Source of the DNA: Candidatus Cloacimonadales bacterium
Lineage (GTDB): Bacteria > Cloacimonadota > Cloacimonadia > Cloacimonadales > JAIOQZ01
DNA: 64,000 nucleotides
Direction of reading: 5' to 3'
Assembly: GCA_963662655.2 (NCBI GenBank)
Contig: CAXXTU010000002.1
Coordinates: 1,536,001 to 1,600,000, forward strand
In this document: positions 30,459 to 39,752 of the stretch, one piece after another
How the letters are laid out: every line of letters begins with the position of its first letter
How positions within the stretch are numbered: the first letter of the stretch is position 1
Position numbers and translations under genes: made by a program
The notes under the pieces: generated by a model
The model's database searches: none
The model's input: only the letters and a program-made list of their open reading frames with translations
What the model was told of the DNA's origin: nothing

Positions 30459-33284
30459 ATGAAAACACTGCGCGCATCTTCACTTGTTCTTTGCTTTCTA
30501 CTCACTTCGTTATTGTTTTCCGTCGACTTTGCACCGGCACAACTGCTTGACAACAGTCCGATTACGCCGGTTTTCCATGCGGATACCCAAAGAGGTGACA
30601 ATTACGTTCATCTGATCCTCAGAGGCGATGTCTCTCGAGAAATCCTGGATTCTTACGGGATTCAAACGGGAGGCCGCGTCGGCGATATTTTTTCGATAAG
30701 GATCGCCGCGAACCAGCTTCAGATTCTTAACGAGATACCGGGGATCGATGCAGTTTTTTTCTCCCGCAAGCATGAACTGCTCCTCAACGACTCCACCTCC
30801 GACCTTACTTCAGGGGCCGATTTCGCCGGTTGCAACGCCGACGACGTCCAGAGCTTGGGGATCGACGGTTCCGGAGTCATTATCGCGATCATCGATTCGA
30901 CCCCGTTCAACTGGAAGCACGAGGATTTCACCGATGGTGGACTGGCGGGGGTACGTACCCGTTTTATATGGCAGCAGACCGGCACAGGCGGCTCAACGCC
31001 GTCAGAAACAGGCTGCAACTACGGCAGGGAATACTCACAATCGGATTTACAGGCAGATAACGGCCCGGCGACAACCGGCTCCAGTCACGGCACGCCTTGC
31101 GCGGGAATCGCAGCCGGAGACGGCTCTGCCAGCGGAGGATCGAGAATGGGTATGGCTCCCGCAGCCGATATCATCTACGTACAGGTCGACGAATACGATT
31201 CCAGCATTGTGGACGCGCTTTCCTACCTCGCGCAGAAGGCTGACGCGCTTAACATGCCCATATCGGTCAGCATGAGCCTGGGAACCAAATACGCCATTTG
31301 CGATGGATCGGACGCGATCTCTCAGGCGATCGACCAATTCTCCGACGAAGGCCGCTCCGTCTCCGTCGCGTGCGGCAACTACTATACAACAACGGATCAC
31401 GCTTACGGGTACGCCACGCATGGTTCCCCAGCTCAAAACATCACAATGAAGATCAACGGATATTCCGACACCGGCACCGGCACATTCGACGACTACGTCG
31501 CCGCTTTCATCAGCTACAAGCAAGGTGACGACTTCGATGTCACCGTCACATCCCCCTCGGGTACTGATTACACGACAACCGTCGCAGATCAGGATGAAGT
31601 TTTCGAGACACCCGACGGCTATCTGATGATTTACCACGATTCCGGTCCGATGATCATTGTTGTCGTAGGCGACACATACGGAACGGTGACGGTCGGCGAT
31701 GAATGGAAGATAGACCTGAGCGCGCCGTCCGTGGCTCACGACGACCAGGGCGGCATGTGGTCAGCATACGTTGTCGAGAATCACATCAACGGCTATTTCA
31801 CCACCTATCAAACCGCACAATACACATTGAACGCCTGGGCTTCGTCGCAGAATTGCTTCTCCGTGGGCGCACACAGCAAGACCAGCGGTTCTCTCTACTA
31901 TCAGTCAAGCTCGGGGCCGACAAGCGACGGACGCAGCAAGCCAGACCTGACGGCTCCCACCGACGCGTACGCGCCCAATACATCCAGCTCCACGAGCTAC
32001 TCGAGTCTATGCTGTACCAGCGGAGCGACGCCGCATGTCGCGGGGGCTATCGCGCTCATCTACCAGCGTTACCCCGATGCGACGACCGATGAAGCGAGGC
32101 AATATCTCATCGATGCCGCTTACAACGATACCAAGACTGGCGCGATCCCGGACGGGAGTCCAGACAATCGCTGGGGCTACGGCAAGCTCAACGCCTACGG
32201 AGCATACGAAGCCTCCGCGTACCAGATAACTGAATCGATCGAAGGAGCGGGAGACTACTCCTTCGCAAATGGAGACGAGGCCGGAGCGCCAACGATTGCT
32301 GATATCCATTTCAACAGTGAAGACATCGACAAAGTTACCGTCCTGAAGCACACGAACGAGTTCCCACCGGAGAATCCGGGCGAGGATCACACGGTCATGT
32401 GCTGGTTCAACATCTCAACCAAAGGTGGAACAAGCGCCTTCGATTGCGATCTTACGCTCTACTACACGGACGATGAATTGAACAACAGCGGATTCGACGA
32501 TCCGGCGAGTTCGGAGTCGAGGCTTGTCTTGTATCGCTACAATGGTGGCAGTTGGGTAGAGATGGGAGGAACGGTCGACACGGCGAGCAACTCGGTAACA
32601 TTGAACGGTGTCTCGGAATTCTCCGACTGGTGCATCAGCGATCCCCAGGACACGACCCTGCCCAGCACGCTGATCGATATGATGTACTCCCAGACAACCG
32701 GCCAGAACGTTCTTCTGCAGTGGGAAGTCGAATTGGAAAGCGACCGGATCGGCTACAACATCCTTCGGGCTGATGAAGATTTCATCGATGAAGCCATGCT
32801 GCTGACGGCCAGCCCGATTCCCGCGCAGAACCAGCCTGCGGCGGTCATGTACCAGTATCTGGATGAATCAGCAGTGGTCGGAAATGTCTATTATTACTGG
32901 CTGGAAATTCTCGAAGCCGATGGTCAGACCTCGCATATGGGCTCGTACCGCGTCGCGATCACGGACGAAAGCGAAGTCCATCCGGCGATCGAGTCCATAA
33001 CGAAACTGATAGGAAACTACCCGAATCCGTTCAATCCCAGCACGAAAATCATATTCGATCTCGCGTCGGAAAAGGATACCGAAATAGTCCGGCTCGACGT
33101 GTTCAATCTCAAGGGACAATTGGTGCGCTCGCTGTTCAACGGAACGATGGAGCCCGGTGCGAATCGGTCGATCGTCTGGGATGGCAAAGACAGTCAGGGA
33201 AGGCAGGTCTCCAGCGGGATTTACTACTACCGCCTGGACGTTGCCGAAAACCGGTTGACGGGAAAAGCGCTCTTGCTCAAATAG
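30459..33284 (+). CDS. Secreted S8 (subtilisin-like) peptidase with FlgD-Ig/T9SS-type C-terminal domain
   Basis: IAIID, HGTPCAGIAAG, ACGN, KPDLTAP, TSGATPHVAGAIAL, WGYGKL; C-terminal NYPNPFNP...SSGIYYY. Confidence 0.88.
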   Translation: MKTLRASSLVLCFLLTSLLFSVDFAPAQLLDNSPITPVFHADTQRGDNYVHLILRGDVSREILDSYGIQTGGRVGDIFSIRIAANQLQILNEIPGIDAVFFSRKHELLLNDSTSDLTSGADFAGCNADDVQSLGIDGSGVIIAIIDSTPFNWKHEDFTDGGLAGVRTRFIWQQTGTGGSTPSETGCNYGREYSQSDLQADNGPATTGSSHGTPCAGIAAGDGSASGGSRMGMAPAADIIYVQVDEYDSSIVDALSYLAQKADALNMPISVSMSLGTKYAICDGSDAISQAIDQFSDEGRSVSVACGNYYTTTDHAYGYATHGSPAQNITMKINGYSDTGTGTFDDYVAAFISYKQGDDFDVTVTSPSGTDYTTTVADQDEVFETPDGYLMIYHDSGPMIIVVVGDTYGTVTVGDEWKIDLSAPSVAHDDQGGMWSAYVVENHINGYFTTYQTAQYTLNAWASSQNCFSVGAHSKTSGSLYYQSSSGPTSDGRSKPDLTAPTDAYAPNTSSSTSYSSLCCTSGATPHVAGAIALIYQRYPDATTDEARQYLIDAAYNDTKTGAIPDGSPDNRWGYGKLNAYGAYEASAYQITESIEGAGDYSFANGDEAGAPTIADIHFNSEDIDKVTVLKHTNEFPPENPGEDHTVMCWFNISTKGGTSAFDCDLTLYYTDDELNNSGFDDPASSESRLVLYRYNGGSWVEMGGTVDTASNSVTLNGVSEFSDWCISDPQDTTLPSTLIDMMYSQTTGQNVLLQWEVELESDRIGYNILRADEDFIDEAMLLTASPIPAQNQPAAVMYQYLDESAVVGNVYYYWLEILEADGQTSHMGSYRVAITDESEVHPAIESITKLIGNYPNPFNPSTKIIFDLASEKDTEIVRLDVFNLKGQLVRSLFNGTMEPGANRSIVWDGKDSQGRQVSSGIYYYRLDVAENRLTGKALLLK

Positions 33285-33320
33285 CGCATGATTAAATCGT
33301 GAACTGCCGCGAGGCGGGAG

Positions 33321-33452
33321 CAGATACGTTCGATCCCCGCCTGTGCAGGGTGTTCCACAGCTATTTTCGGCTTTGTCGTAGTCCAAACGAAATCATGTTA
33401 GTGGAATTTAGCTGTGGTATATCCCTGTGCAGGCGGGGATCGGGCGAAGATG
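33321..33452 (+). repeat. Intergenic hairpin element copy 3 (subtype B, 132 nt)
   Basis: GATCCCCGCCTGTGCAGGG...CCCTGTGCAGGCGGGGATC arms with family boxes; about 94% identical to 36423-36554. Confidence 0.92.
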
Positions 33453-33528
33453 CCACGCCGGTCGGACGAGAAGCAACATACTCGATTCTGCACTCGAATG
33501 AGCACATCGAAATCGATAAAGGAAACCC

Positions 33529-33759
33529 ATGAAGCCGCGAGATATTGTTGACGTCGAAAAAAAGCCAGACACCTGCCCGGCATGCGGACAAACGCTGGCT
33601 GAAATTCATTATGGCACCCCACAAATGAATGCACAACTCATTCAGGGGCTTTCAACAGGTTCAATTAAGCTTGGTGGTTGCTGCACGACCGGCAACGACC
33701 CCCAATTCTACTGCGCGAAATGCGGGAAATACTACCGGGTGCCTAAACCCACTCCATAA
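33529..33759 (+). CDS. Small CPxCG / CxxC zinc-ribbon-like protein
   Basis: AAGGA RBS; CPACG...YG.P...LGGCC...CAKCG. Confidence 0.7.
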   Translation: MKPRDIVDVEKKPDTCPACGQTLAEIHYGTPQMNAQLIQGLSTGSIKLGGCCTTGNDPQFYCAKCGKYYRVPKPTP

Positions 33760-33990
33760 GGATTGAAAAAGCGCTATCTACGCTCCTGCTGCGCCATGAA
33801 GAAAACGGACATCACCTGTTCCACGATATTCTTGTAAATTATACCCGTCACAACCGTAGCGACGAGCATTTACACACCCGTGAACTCAGGCGTTCGGAGT
33901 TTATCGCCGCTTTGATTCATAACGAAAGACATTCAGCATTACATAAGAAGTTAAATCTGAAATGATGTGTAATGGGATAACCTTGTGAGC

Positions 33991-34218
33991 CTATTTCCTG
34001 GATAACTTTTCGGCGATTACCTCAATCCTCTTGCTCTCGAAAGGATAGAGGTCGATCGGGACATGATTTGCGCCAAACCTCATAGCGATTCGATAGCGTG
34101 CGCATTTCGCGTATTCCGCTTTGCAATACACCTCTTTCATGGACGCTTCCGTAGATGCTTTTTGTGGCATTTCCCCATTGAAAAACGGGCACATTTCAAG
34201 CTTCGGACAATCGCTCAT
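33991..34218 (-). CDS. Small Cys-rich hypothetical protein
   Basis: CPKLEMCPFF...YC...CARY...VP.DLYP; purine-rich RBS upstream. Confidence 0.68.
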   Translation of the reverse strand: MSDCPKLEMCPFFNGEMPQKASTEASMKEVYCKAEYAKCARYRIAMRFGANHVPIDLYPFESKRIEVIAEKLSRK

Positions 34219-34280
34219 CACTTCCCCTTTATTCTCAATGATAACCACCAGACAGGATAAGACAACTTGATTTATTTATT

Positions 34281-34853
34281 TTATTCGTCACATGGCTTTT
34301 CTTGCTCACTGTCCATAATGCACGAAATAAAGAAATGGTACAGACGCTGTTTATCTTCTCTGCGCTCCTTAAATCGATCGATTGCCTGATCGATCATATC
34401 GTTCAACTCGATGAATTCCTCGCGTGCTAAAAACAGTTCGCTCGACGAATACCGCTTCGCTCCACCCTCTTTTCGATTACTCAGCGCGATGAACTTCTGT
34501 TTGCTCTCCTCGAAAAGCTGCTCGGCTCCGGATGCGAAATGAAGATTGACCTTCATAACCGTCCCCGGGTCCAGTTCCTTGCACGAAAGCTTGAAAATCA
34601 TCGCCGTCGGCTCGTAGTATTTTGCAATGATTCCGTGAATCTCTTCCGTCTTCACAAGGTGCAGTATTCCGATATCTTCCAGCTTCTTCACATGGAAATG
34701 AACATTCGCCGGTTTTACGCCAAGCTTCTCCGATATCTGCTTAACGGTCATGGCTTGTTTGCTGTTACGCAGCACATTGAGCACTTCCTGGCGCTTCTCG
34801 TCCACCAGTATCTTTATATGACTCGGGTCTGTTATTTCTCTGACTGTTTGCAT
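34281..34853 (-). CDS. ArsR/HTH_20-type winged-helix regulator
   Basis: R.EVLNVL...MTVKQISEKLG...NVHFHVKKLE..G...GIIAKYY; divergent from the S41 peptidase. Confidence 0.82.
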   Translation of the reverse strand: MQTVREITDPSHIKILVDEKRQEVLNVLRNSKQAMTVKQISEKLGVKPANVHFHVKKLEDIGILHLVKTEEIHGIIAKYYEPTAMIFKLSCKELDPGTVMKVNLHFASGAEQLFEESKQKFIALSNRKEGGAKRYSSSELFLAREEFIELNDMIDQAIDRFKERREDKQRLYHFFISCIMDSEQEKPCDE

Positions 34854-34915
34854 ATCCAATTCTCCTCGGATGCCATACTTAACGAGCGAGCATTTTTGTA
34901 CAATAAAAAAAATGT

Positions 34916-34952
34916 TTGACATTTGAAACGTTCAGCTATAAACTAACGTTAG
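34916..34952 (+). promoter_or_regulatory. Sigma70-type promoter with overlapping palindromic operator candidates
   Basis: TTGACA (34916) -17 nt- TAAACT (34939); AACGTT palindromes at 34927-34932 and 34945-34950 (CTAACGTTAG). Confidence 0.55.
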
Positions 34953-34975
34953 ATATATATTTAATGGAGGCTTCT

Positions 34976-36304
34976 ATGAAATACTTTGTTACGCTTTCTT
35001 TTATCCTTGCCATTTGTCTGATCGCAGCTCAAGATACTGACCCACCTGAGCTTACTGCTCAGTACAAGCAAACATTGATTGATTCATTGGCTGATGCCTT
35101 CAATCGAATTTATATCTTTCCTGATAAAGGTATCGCAATTTCGAAAACCCTTCAGGATGATCTCTCTTCAGGCAAATTCAACAACATGAAGGACCCAATC
35201 GAGGTCGCGGAAAAAATCACGCAGTGTGTCCTTCAGGCATGTCCGGACAAACATCTCGCCGTGTTCTACGCTCCTGGAATGGTCCAGCAAATCCGTATGG
35301 AAGAGAGCCAGTCGGAAGAACAGCAAATCGCGGCACATAATCGGATGCTGGAAATGGAGCGTCAGGAGAACTTCGGATTCAAGAAAATCGAAATACTTGA
35401 AGGCAACATCGGCTACTTACGTTTCGATTCATTCTCCATGCTCCCCGAGGCTTACGCTACAGCTTCAGCCGCCATGAATTTCCTGTCCAATACAGATGCC
35501 ATTATCATCGATCTACGCCACAATGGCGGTGGTTCCGCCGAAATGATTCAGTTCATCTCCAGCTATTTGTTCCCGGAGAATGAAAACACGGTACACCTCA
35601 ATACATTCCACCATCGCGAAACGGACACGACCTCACAAACATGGACGCTCCCCCATGTTCCCGGAAAACGTAATCCGAAAGCCAACGTGTACATTCTAAC
35701 GAGCGATTATACCTTCTCAGCCGCCGAAGAATTCACCTACAACCTCATGAACCTCGATCGCGCGACAATCGTTGGAGAAACAACCGGCGGAGGCGCGCAC
35801 CCGGTCAAATTCAAAGCTATCGACAACTGGTTTATTGCAAAAATACCCAATGGCCGGTCGATTAATCCGATCAGCAAGACGAACTGGGAAGGAACCGGGA
35901 TTGAACCGCACATTCAAACCGAGGCCGATTCCGCACTGGACGTTGCCTATCGGAAAGCGATCGAAAAACTACTGGTGCAGGCTGAGCCCTTTGCAAGAAT
36001 TAGATATGAATGGGCTTTGGATGGTTTGCTTCTCAAGGATAAAAATTACAAGCTCACACGAAAGCAACTCAAAGCCTTTGCCGGGGAATACGGGCCCCGC
36101 ATTGTTCGCTATCGCGACGGCAATCTCTTTTACCAGAGAAACGAAATCGAGTACCTCATGGTTCCGTATAAAGAAGACTGTTTCGCGCTCGAAGGCCTGG
36201 ACAACTTCCGCATTCGCTTCGAACGCGGCAGCAATGGAGAAATAACCTCCCTGAACGGCCTATATCACGGTGGAAAACGAGATTCATCCCCAAGAACAAA
36301 ATAA
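34976..36304 (+). CDS. Secreted S41 family peptidase
   Basis: GGAGG RBS, signal peptide, NIGYLRFDSF, IIDLRHNGGG, TFSAAEEF, VGETTGG, WEGTGIEP. Confidence 0.9.
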   Translation: MKYFVTLSFILAICLIAAQDTDPPELTAQYKQTLIDSLADAFNRIYIFPDKGIAISKTLQDDLSSGKFNNMKDPIEVAEKITQCVLQACPDKHLAVFYAPGMVQQIRMEESQSEEQQIAAHNRMLEMERQENFGFKKIEILEGNIGYLRFDSFSMLPEAYATASAAMNFLSNTDAIIIDLRHNGGGSAEMIQFISSYLFPENENTVHLNTFHHRETDTTSQTWTLPHVPGKRNPKANVYILTSDYTFSAAEEFTYNLMNLDRATIVGETTGGGAHPVKFKAIDNWFIAKIPNGRSINPISKTNWEGTGIEPHIQTEADSALDVAYRKAIEKLLVQAEPFARIRYEWALDGLLLKDKNYKLTRKQLKAFAGEYGPRIVRYRDGNLFYQRNEIEYLMVPYKEDCFALEGLDNFRIRFERGSNGEITSLNGLYHGGKRDSSPRTK

Positions 36305-36361
36305 TGCATGATTCTCAAAGAGAATCGAAATACCTCCTGGTCCTGGATTGTTAGCATACGC

Positions 36362-36388
36362 AAGGGCTGGTCAACGCCAGCCCTTTTC
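36362..36388 (+). terminator. Intrinsic terminator after the S41 peptidase
   Basis: AAGGGCTGG-6nt-CCAGCCCTT followed by short T tract. Confidence 0.62.
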
Positions 36389-36422
36389 CTCACGATGTAT
36401 TTCGCAAGCCACGAGCTTCGAA

Positions 36423-36554
36423 CAGATTCGCTCGATCCCCGCCTGTGCAGGGTGTTCCACAGCTATTTTCGGCTTTGACGTAGTCCAAACGATATCATGT
36501 TAGTGGATAATCGCTGTGGTATATCCCTGTGCAGGCGGGGATCGGGCGAAGATG
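36423..36554 (+). repeat. Intergenic hairpin element copy 4 (subtype B, 132 nt)
   Basis: Near-identical direct repeat of 33321-33452; sits between two terminators. Confidence 0.92.
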
Positions 36555-36620
36555 CCGAAGCGTTCGATTACAGAATGAAACCATCTCTCTTCTCTCCTCC
36601 CCCATCCAGCTTCAGACAAT

Positions 36621-36650
36621 AAAAAAAGGCTGATCTTCACCAGCCTTTTG
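36621..36650 (-). terminator. Intrinsic terminator after the PASTA gene
   Basis: A7-GGCTG-8nt-CAGCCTTTT. Confidence 0.7.
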
Positions 36651-36666
36651 AACAATAAAACGTAGG

Positions 36667-37263
36667 TCATTCCCCCACATCGTCCAGCAACTCCTCATGG
36701 AGCCGCTTGCGGGGTGAACTGTCGGGTAATTTCCCCATACTAATAAACAGCGTCACCTGCGTCCCTTTGGGAACCATGGATTCGGAAGACGGCTGCGTAA
36801 AGATAATCTTGCCGTTCTCAACATCTTCAGAGTAACGTGTCTGTATCTTCTGATTTACATCCAGTCCCATATTTCGGAGCGTCAGACGAGCCTCTTTACG
36901 GGTCATGTTCACCAGGGATGGCAAGGTCACCAGCTCCGGGCCATCACTCACGACAACCTCGATAACCCTCCCCATCTTGGTGTTGGTTCCAGCCTCGGGC
37001 TTCTGCGAAATGATTCTGTTCTTCTTGACCTCATCATTGAATTGACGCTCTGTCTCTTGAATATAAAGGTGCTGCTCCTTGCATCGCTTCCTCGCAACGT
37101 CGAAATGCAAACCGGTCACTTCCGGAACGCGAATCTCCTTGCCATGCCTGGTAATCATGTTCATGACCATGTTGGTTCCGAAAAAACCGATAAGAAACAC
37201 CACGAGAAGAAACCCGATCGCTCCTCCCGCTATTGATATGATTTGTATTATTTTGTTCTTCAT
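36667..37263 (-). CDS. PASTA domain membrane protein
   Basis: N-terminal TM, two VP.V.G...IISQ.P.G repeats. Confidence 0.87.
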   Translation of the reverse strand: MKNKIIQIISIAGGAIGFLLVVFLIGFFGTNMVMNMITRHGKEIRVPEVTGLHFDVARKRCKEQHLYIQETERQFNDEVKKNRIISQKPEAGTNTKMGRVIEVVVSDGPELVTLPSLVNMTRKEARLTLRNMGLDVNQKIQTRYSEDVENGKIIFTQPSSESMVPKGTQVTLFISMGKLPDSSPRKRLHEELLDDVGE

Positions 37264-37296
37264 AGTTCACTAATACCCATTCGTACGATGCTCGTG

Positions 37297-38619
37297 TCAA
37301 GCTTTTCGTCGCATTAGCGCGCCAAAAGCCCCGTCCATCATATGCCGATGCGGAATCGTCTTGTAAAATCCCTCGCTCGTGTATTGACTCGCCAGCTTCT
37401 CCGAGGCGTCTACCAACTCAAAATCCGGATGCTGAGCAAGGAACTGCCTTACCTGATCCTCGTTCTCGCGCTTGTTCATTGTACATGTGCTGTACGCAAG
37501 AAAACCCTCCGGGCGAACAAATTTCGCTCCATAGTGGAGCGCGCTTTCCTGAATCTTCAGCAGTTCTTCCAGATCCTGCGCTCGCTGCCAGCGAAGCTCA
37601 GACTTCTTCTGAAGCACGCCCCAGCCAGTACACGGCACATCCAGCAGCACACGATCATAAGCAGGCGCGACCGGACCGTAGCGGAACGAGTCTTCCACAA
37701 TCGTTCGCACGTTGTTCACCTGCAAGCGCTGCAAGGCTTGCTTGATCTTCTTCACCTTGTTCGGAATACGGTCGATGGCGATGATCTCACCCTGGTTCTG
37801 CATCTTCTCGCCGATGTAAGAAGTCTTCCCACCCGGGCCGGCGAACAGGTCCAGAACCGATTCCCCGGGCTGAGGATCGAGCAGCTCCACCACCAGCGCT
37901 GCCGAGGCGTCCTGTATGGAGAAGTACCCTTCCTCGAAGGCTACATCGCTCAAGACTTCGTTGGGCTGATTGGTCGTCATCATCATGCTCGATGCTGTGC
38001 TAGGCGTAAGCTCGATATCCTTTCGTGAAAAATAGGCGATGAGCTTCTCGGCGCTTGTTTCGATCTGGTTGACACGTACATTGAGACGCGGCACATCGTT
38101 GAAGTACATGCAGAGCATCTCGGTCTCATCCTCGCCCCAGGTATCCAGCCATATCTGAATCAGCTCCGGAGGATAGGAGTACTCCAGCGCCATTCGTTGC
38201 ACCGGGTCTTCCGGATAGGTTACCTTGTTCGGGTCCCGCTGGTACGAACGCAGAACCGCGTTGATGAAATCCGCGACCCGCTGGTCGAATTTCGACTTCG
38301 CAAGATCCACGGTCTCGTTTATCGCCGCATGATCCGGGATGTTCTCGCAGTAGCGCAATTGATACAACGCCATGTAGAGGAGAATCTGCACCTTCAAATC
38401 CGTCTTGTCGAATTTTACCGCGTCCGTGTAGAACGTTGCGATATGATGCAGGTGCTCCCGCAGCTTTACCGTTCCTTTGACGATGGTGTAAAATAAATCG
38501 TGATTGCCGTCGGCGTTCTTGATTTTCTTGCCGACATTGCGAAGAAGGTTGTCAGAGAAGGCGTTGTCTTTTAAGACTTTCGTGAGTACTTTATAGGCTT
38601 CAGCTCTTTCGTTTACCAT
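37297..38619 (-). CDS. rsmB: 16S rRNA m5C967 methyltransferase (Sun/Fmu)
   Basis: NusB-like N-terminus, IQD.SA, VLDLFAGPGGKT, LLDVPCTG.G, YSTCT...ENE. Confidence 0.92.
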   Translation of the reverse strand: MVNERAEAYKVLTKVLKDNAFSDNLLRNVGKKIKNADGNHDLFYTIVKGTVKLREHLHHIATFYTDAVKFDKTDLKVQILLYMALYQLRYCENIPDHAAINETVDLAKSKFDQRVADFINAVLRSYQRDPNKVTYPEDPVQRMALEYSYPPELIQIWLDTWGEDETEMLCMYFNDVPRLNVRVNQIETSAEKLIAYFSRKDIELTPSTASSMMMTTNQPNEVLSDVAFEEGYFSIQDASAALVVELLDPQPGESVLDLFAGPGGKTSYIGEKMQNQGEIIAIDRIPNKVKKIKQALQRLQVNNVRTIVEDSFRYGPVAPAYDRVLLDVPCTGWGVLQKKSELRWQRAQDLEELLKIQESALHYGAKFVRPEGFLAYSTCTMNKRENEDQVRQFLAQHPDFELVDASEKLASQYTSEGFYKTIPHRHMMDGAFGALMRRKA

Positions 38620-38651
38620 ATCTTGATCCTATCGTCAGGATAGAACATCGT

Positions 38652-39245
38652 TCATTTCTTGTAAAGGAATCGTATAACATCTTTGATAAGAATTTCGGCG
38701 TCGCTGTATTTCGCCGGCTCGTAGACCTTCTTGATGGCTTTGGAAATCTCCGGTTTTTTGTAGCCGAGCGCTTCCAGCGCAGATTCGGCTTCCTGCACAA
38801 TCTCCGTTCGCTGCACAACCGAATCGCCCTCCGGAAGCTTGATTTGCTGCACTCTGTCTTTCAAGTCTATGATCACACGTTCGGCAGTTTTCTTGCCCAG
38901 GCCGGGCACGGTCGCGATGAGCCGTGCATCGCCCGATTCGATCGCCTCGACCCAGTTCCTCACCGACATCCCCGAAAGCGCTGCCAGCGCACTCTTGGGG
39001 CCGATCTTCGATACGCTTAGCAGCAGGCGGAACATGTCTCGCTCCTCGGGGGTGTGAAAGCCGTACAGCCTGATTCCATCCTCGGACATGCCGAAATGGA
39101 TCAAAAGCTTCGCCTTCTCCCCCGCCTTCGGGAGCTTCTCATAGGTGCTGAGCGGGATGCTTACCTCGTACCCCACACCCATGCAGTCAAGAATCACATA
39201 TGAAAATTCCTTTTCGGCAAGCAAGCCTCTCAGGTATGCAAACAT
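38652..39245 (-). CDS. ruvA: Holliday junction branch migration protein RuvA
   Basis: GVGYEV, LYGF, SVSKIGPKSAL, VPGLGKKTAERV, ALEALGY. Confidence 0.95.
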   Translation of the reverse strand: MFAYLRGLLAEKEFSYVILDCMGVGYEVSIPLSTYEKLPKAGEKAKLLIHFGMSEDGIRLYGFHTPEERDMFRLLLSVSKIGPKSALAALSGMSVRNWVEAIESGDARLIATVPGLGKKTAERVIIDLKDRVQQIKLPEGDSVVQRTEIVQEAESALEALGYKKPEISKAIKKVYEPAKYSDAEILIKDVIRFLYKK

Positions 39246-39263
39246 ATCTTTCCTTTTCCGAGT

Positions 39264-39752
39264 CTATCGATTCAGCAGTCCCGATTTCAGCCGATTGAAG
39301 TGGCAAAGCGCAATGGCAAGCGCGTCGGCGGCGTCCTCGCAGGATGGAGGCGTGATCTGCGGCAGGAGTTGCCCGATCATGTAGCGCACCTGCTGCTTGG
39401 TCGCGTTGCCGTTACCGACGACGGATTTCTTCACCTCTCGGGGGGAATATTCGTAAACCGGTATATTCTGCTGAGCGAGCGTCATCAGAATGGTTCCGCG
39501 AGCGTGTCCGAGCGTAAAAGCGCTCTTGAGATTCTTTCCGTAGAAGATGGTTTCAACAGCCGCATGGTCGGGATGATACTCGTCGAGAATTTCTCTAAGT
39601 TTTACGTGAATCGATAGGAGTCTTTGCGGTAGGCTTTGTTTTGTGTCGATTTTGATTGCGCCGCTTCCGGCAGCCAGGACTTTCCTGCCTTCGATCTCCA
39701 GCAAGCCGTATCCGAAGATACGGCTGCCGGGATCAATACCAAGGATGATCAC
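39264..39752 (-). CDS. ruvC: Holliday junction resolvase RuvC
   Basis: [37 protein letters not shown]. Confidence 0.96.
   Translation of the reverse strand: MIILGIDPGSRIFGYGLLEIEGRKVLAAGSGAIKIDTKQSLPQRLLSIHVKLREILDEYHPDHAAVETIFYGKNLKSAFTLGHARGTILMTLAQQNIPVYEYSPREVKKSVVGNGNATKQQVRYMIGQLLPQITPPSCEDAADALAIALCHFNRLKSGLLNR

Noticed and set aside
38652..39752. ruvC-ruvA without adjacent ruvB
   Set aside because: ruvB is often located separately; absence from one window is not informative
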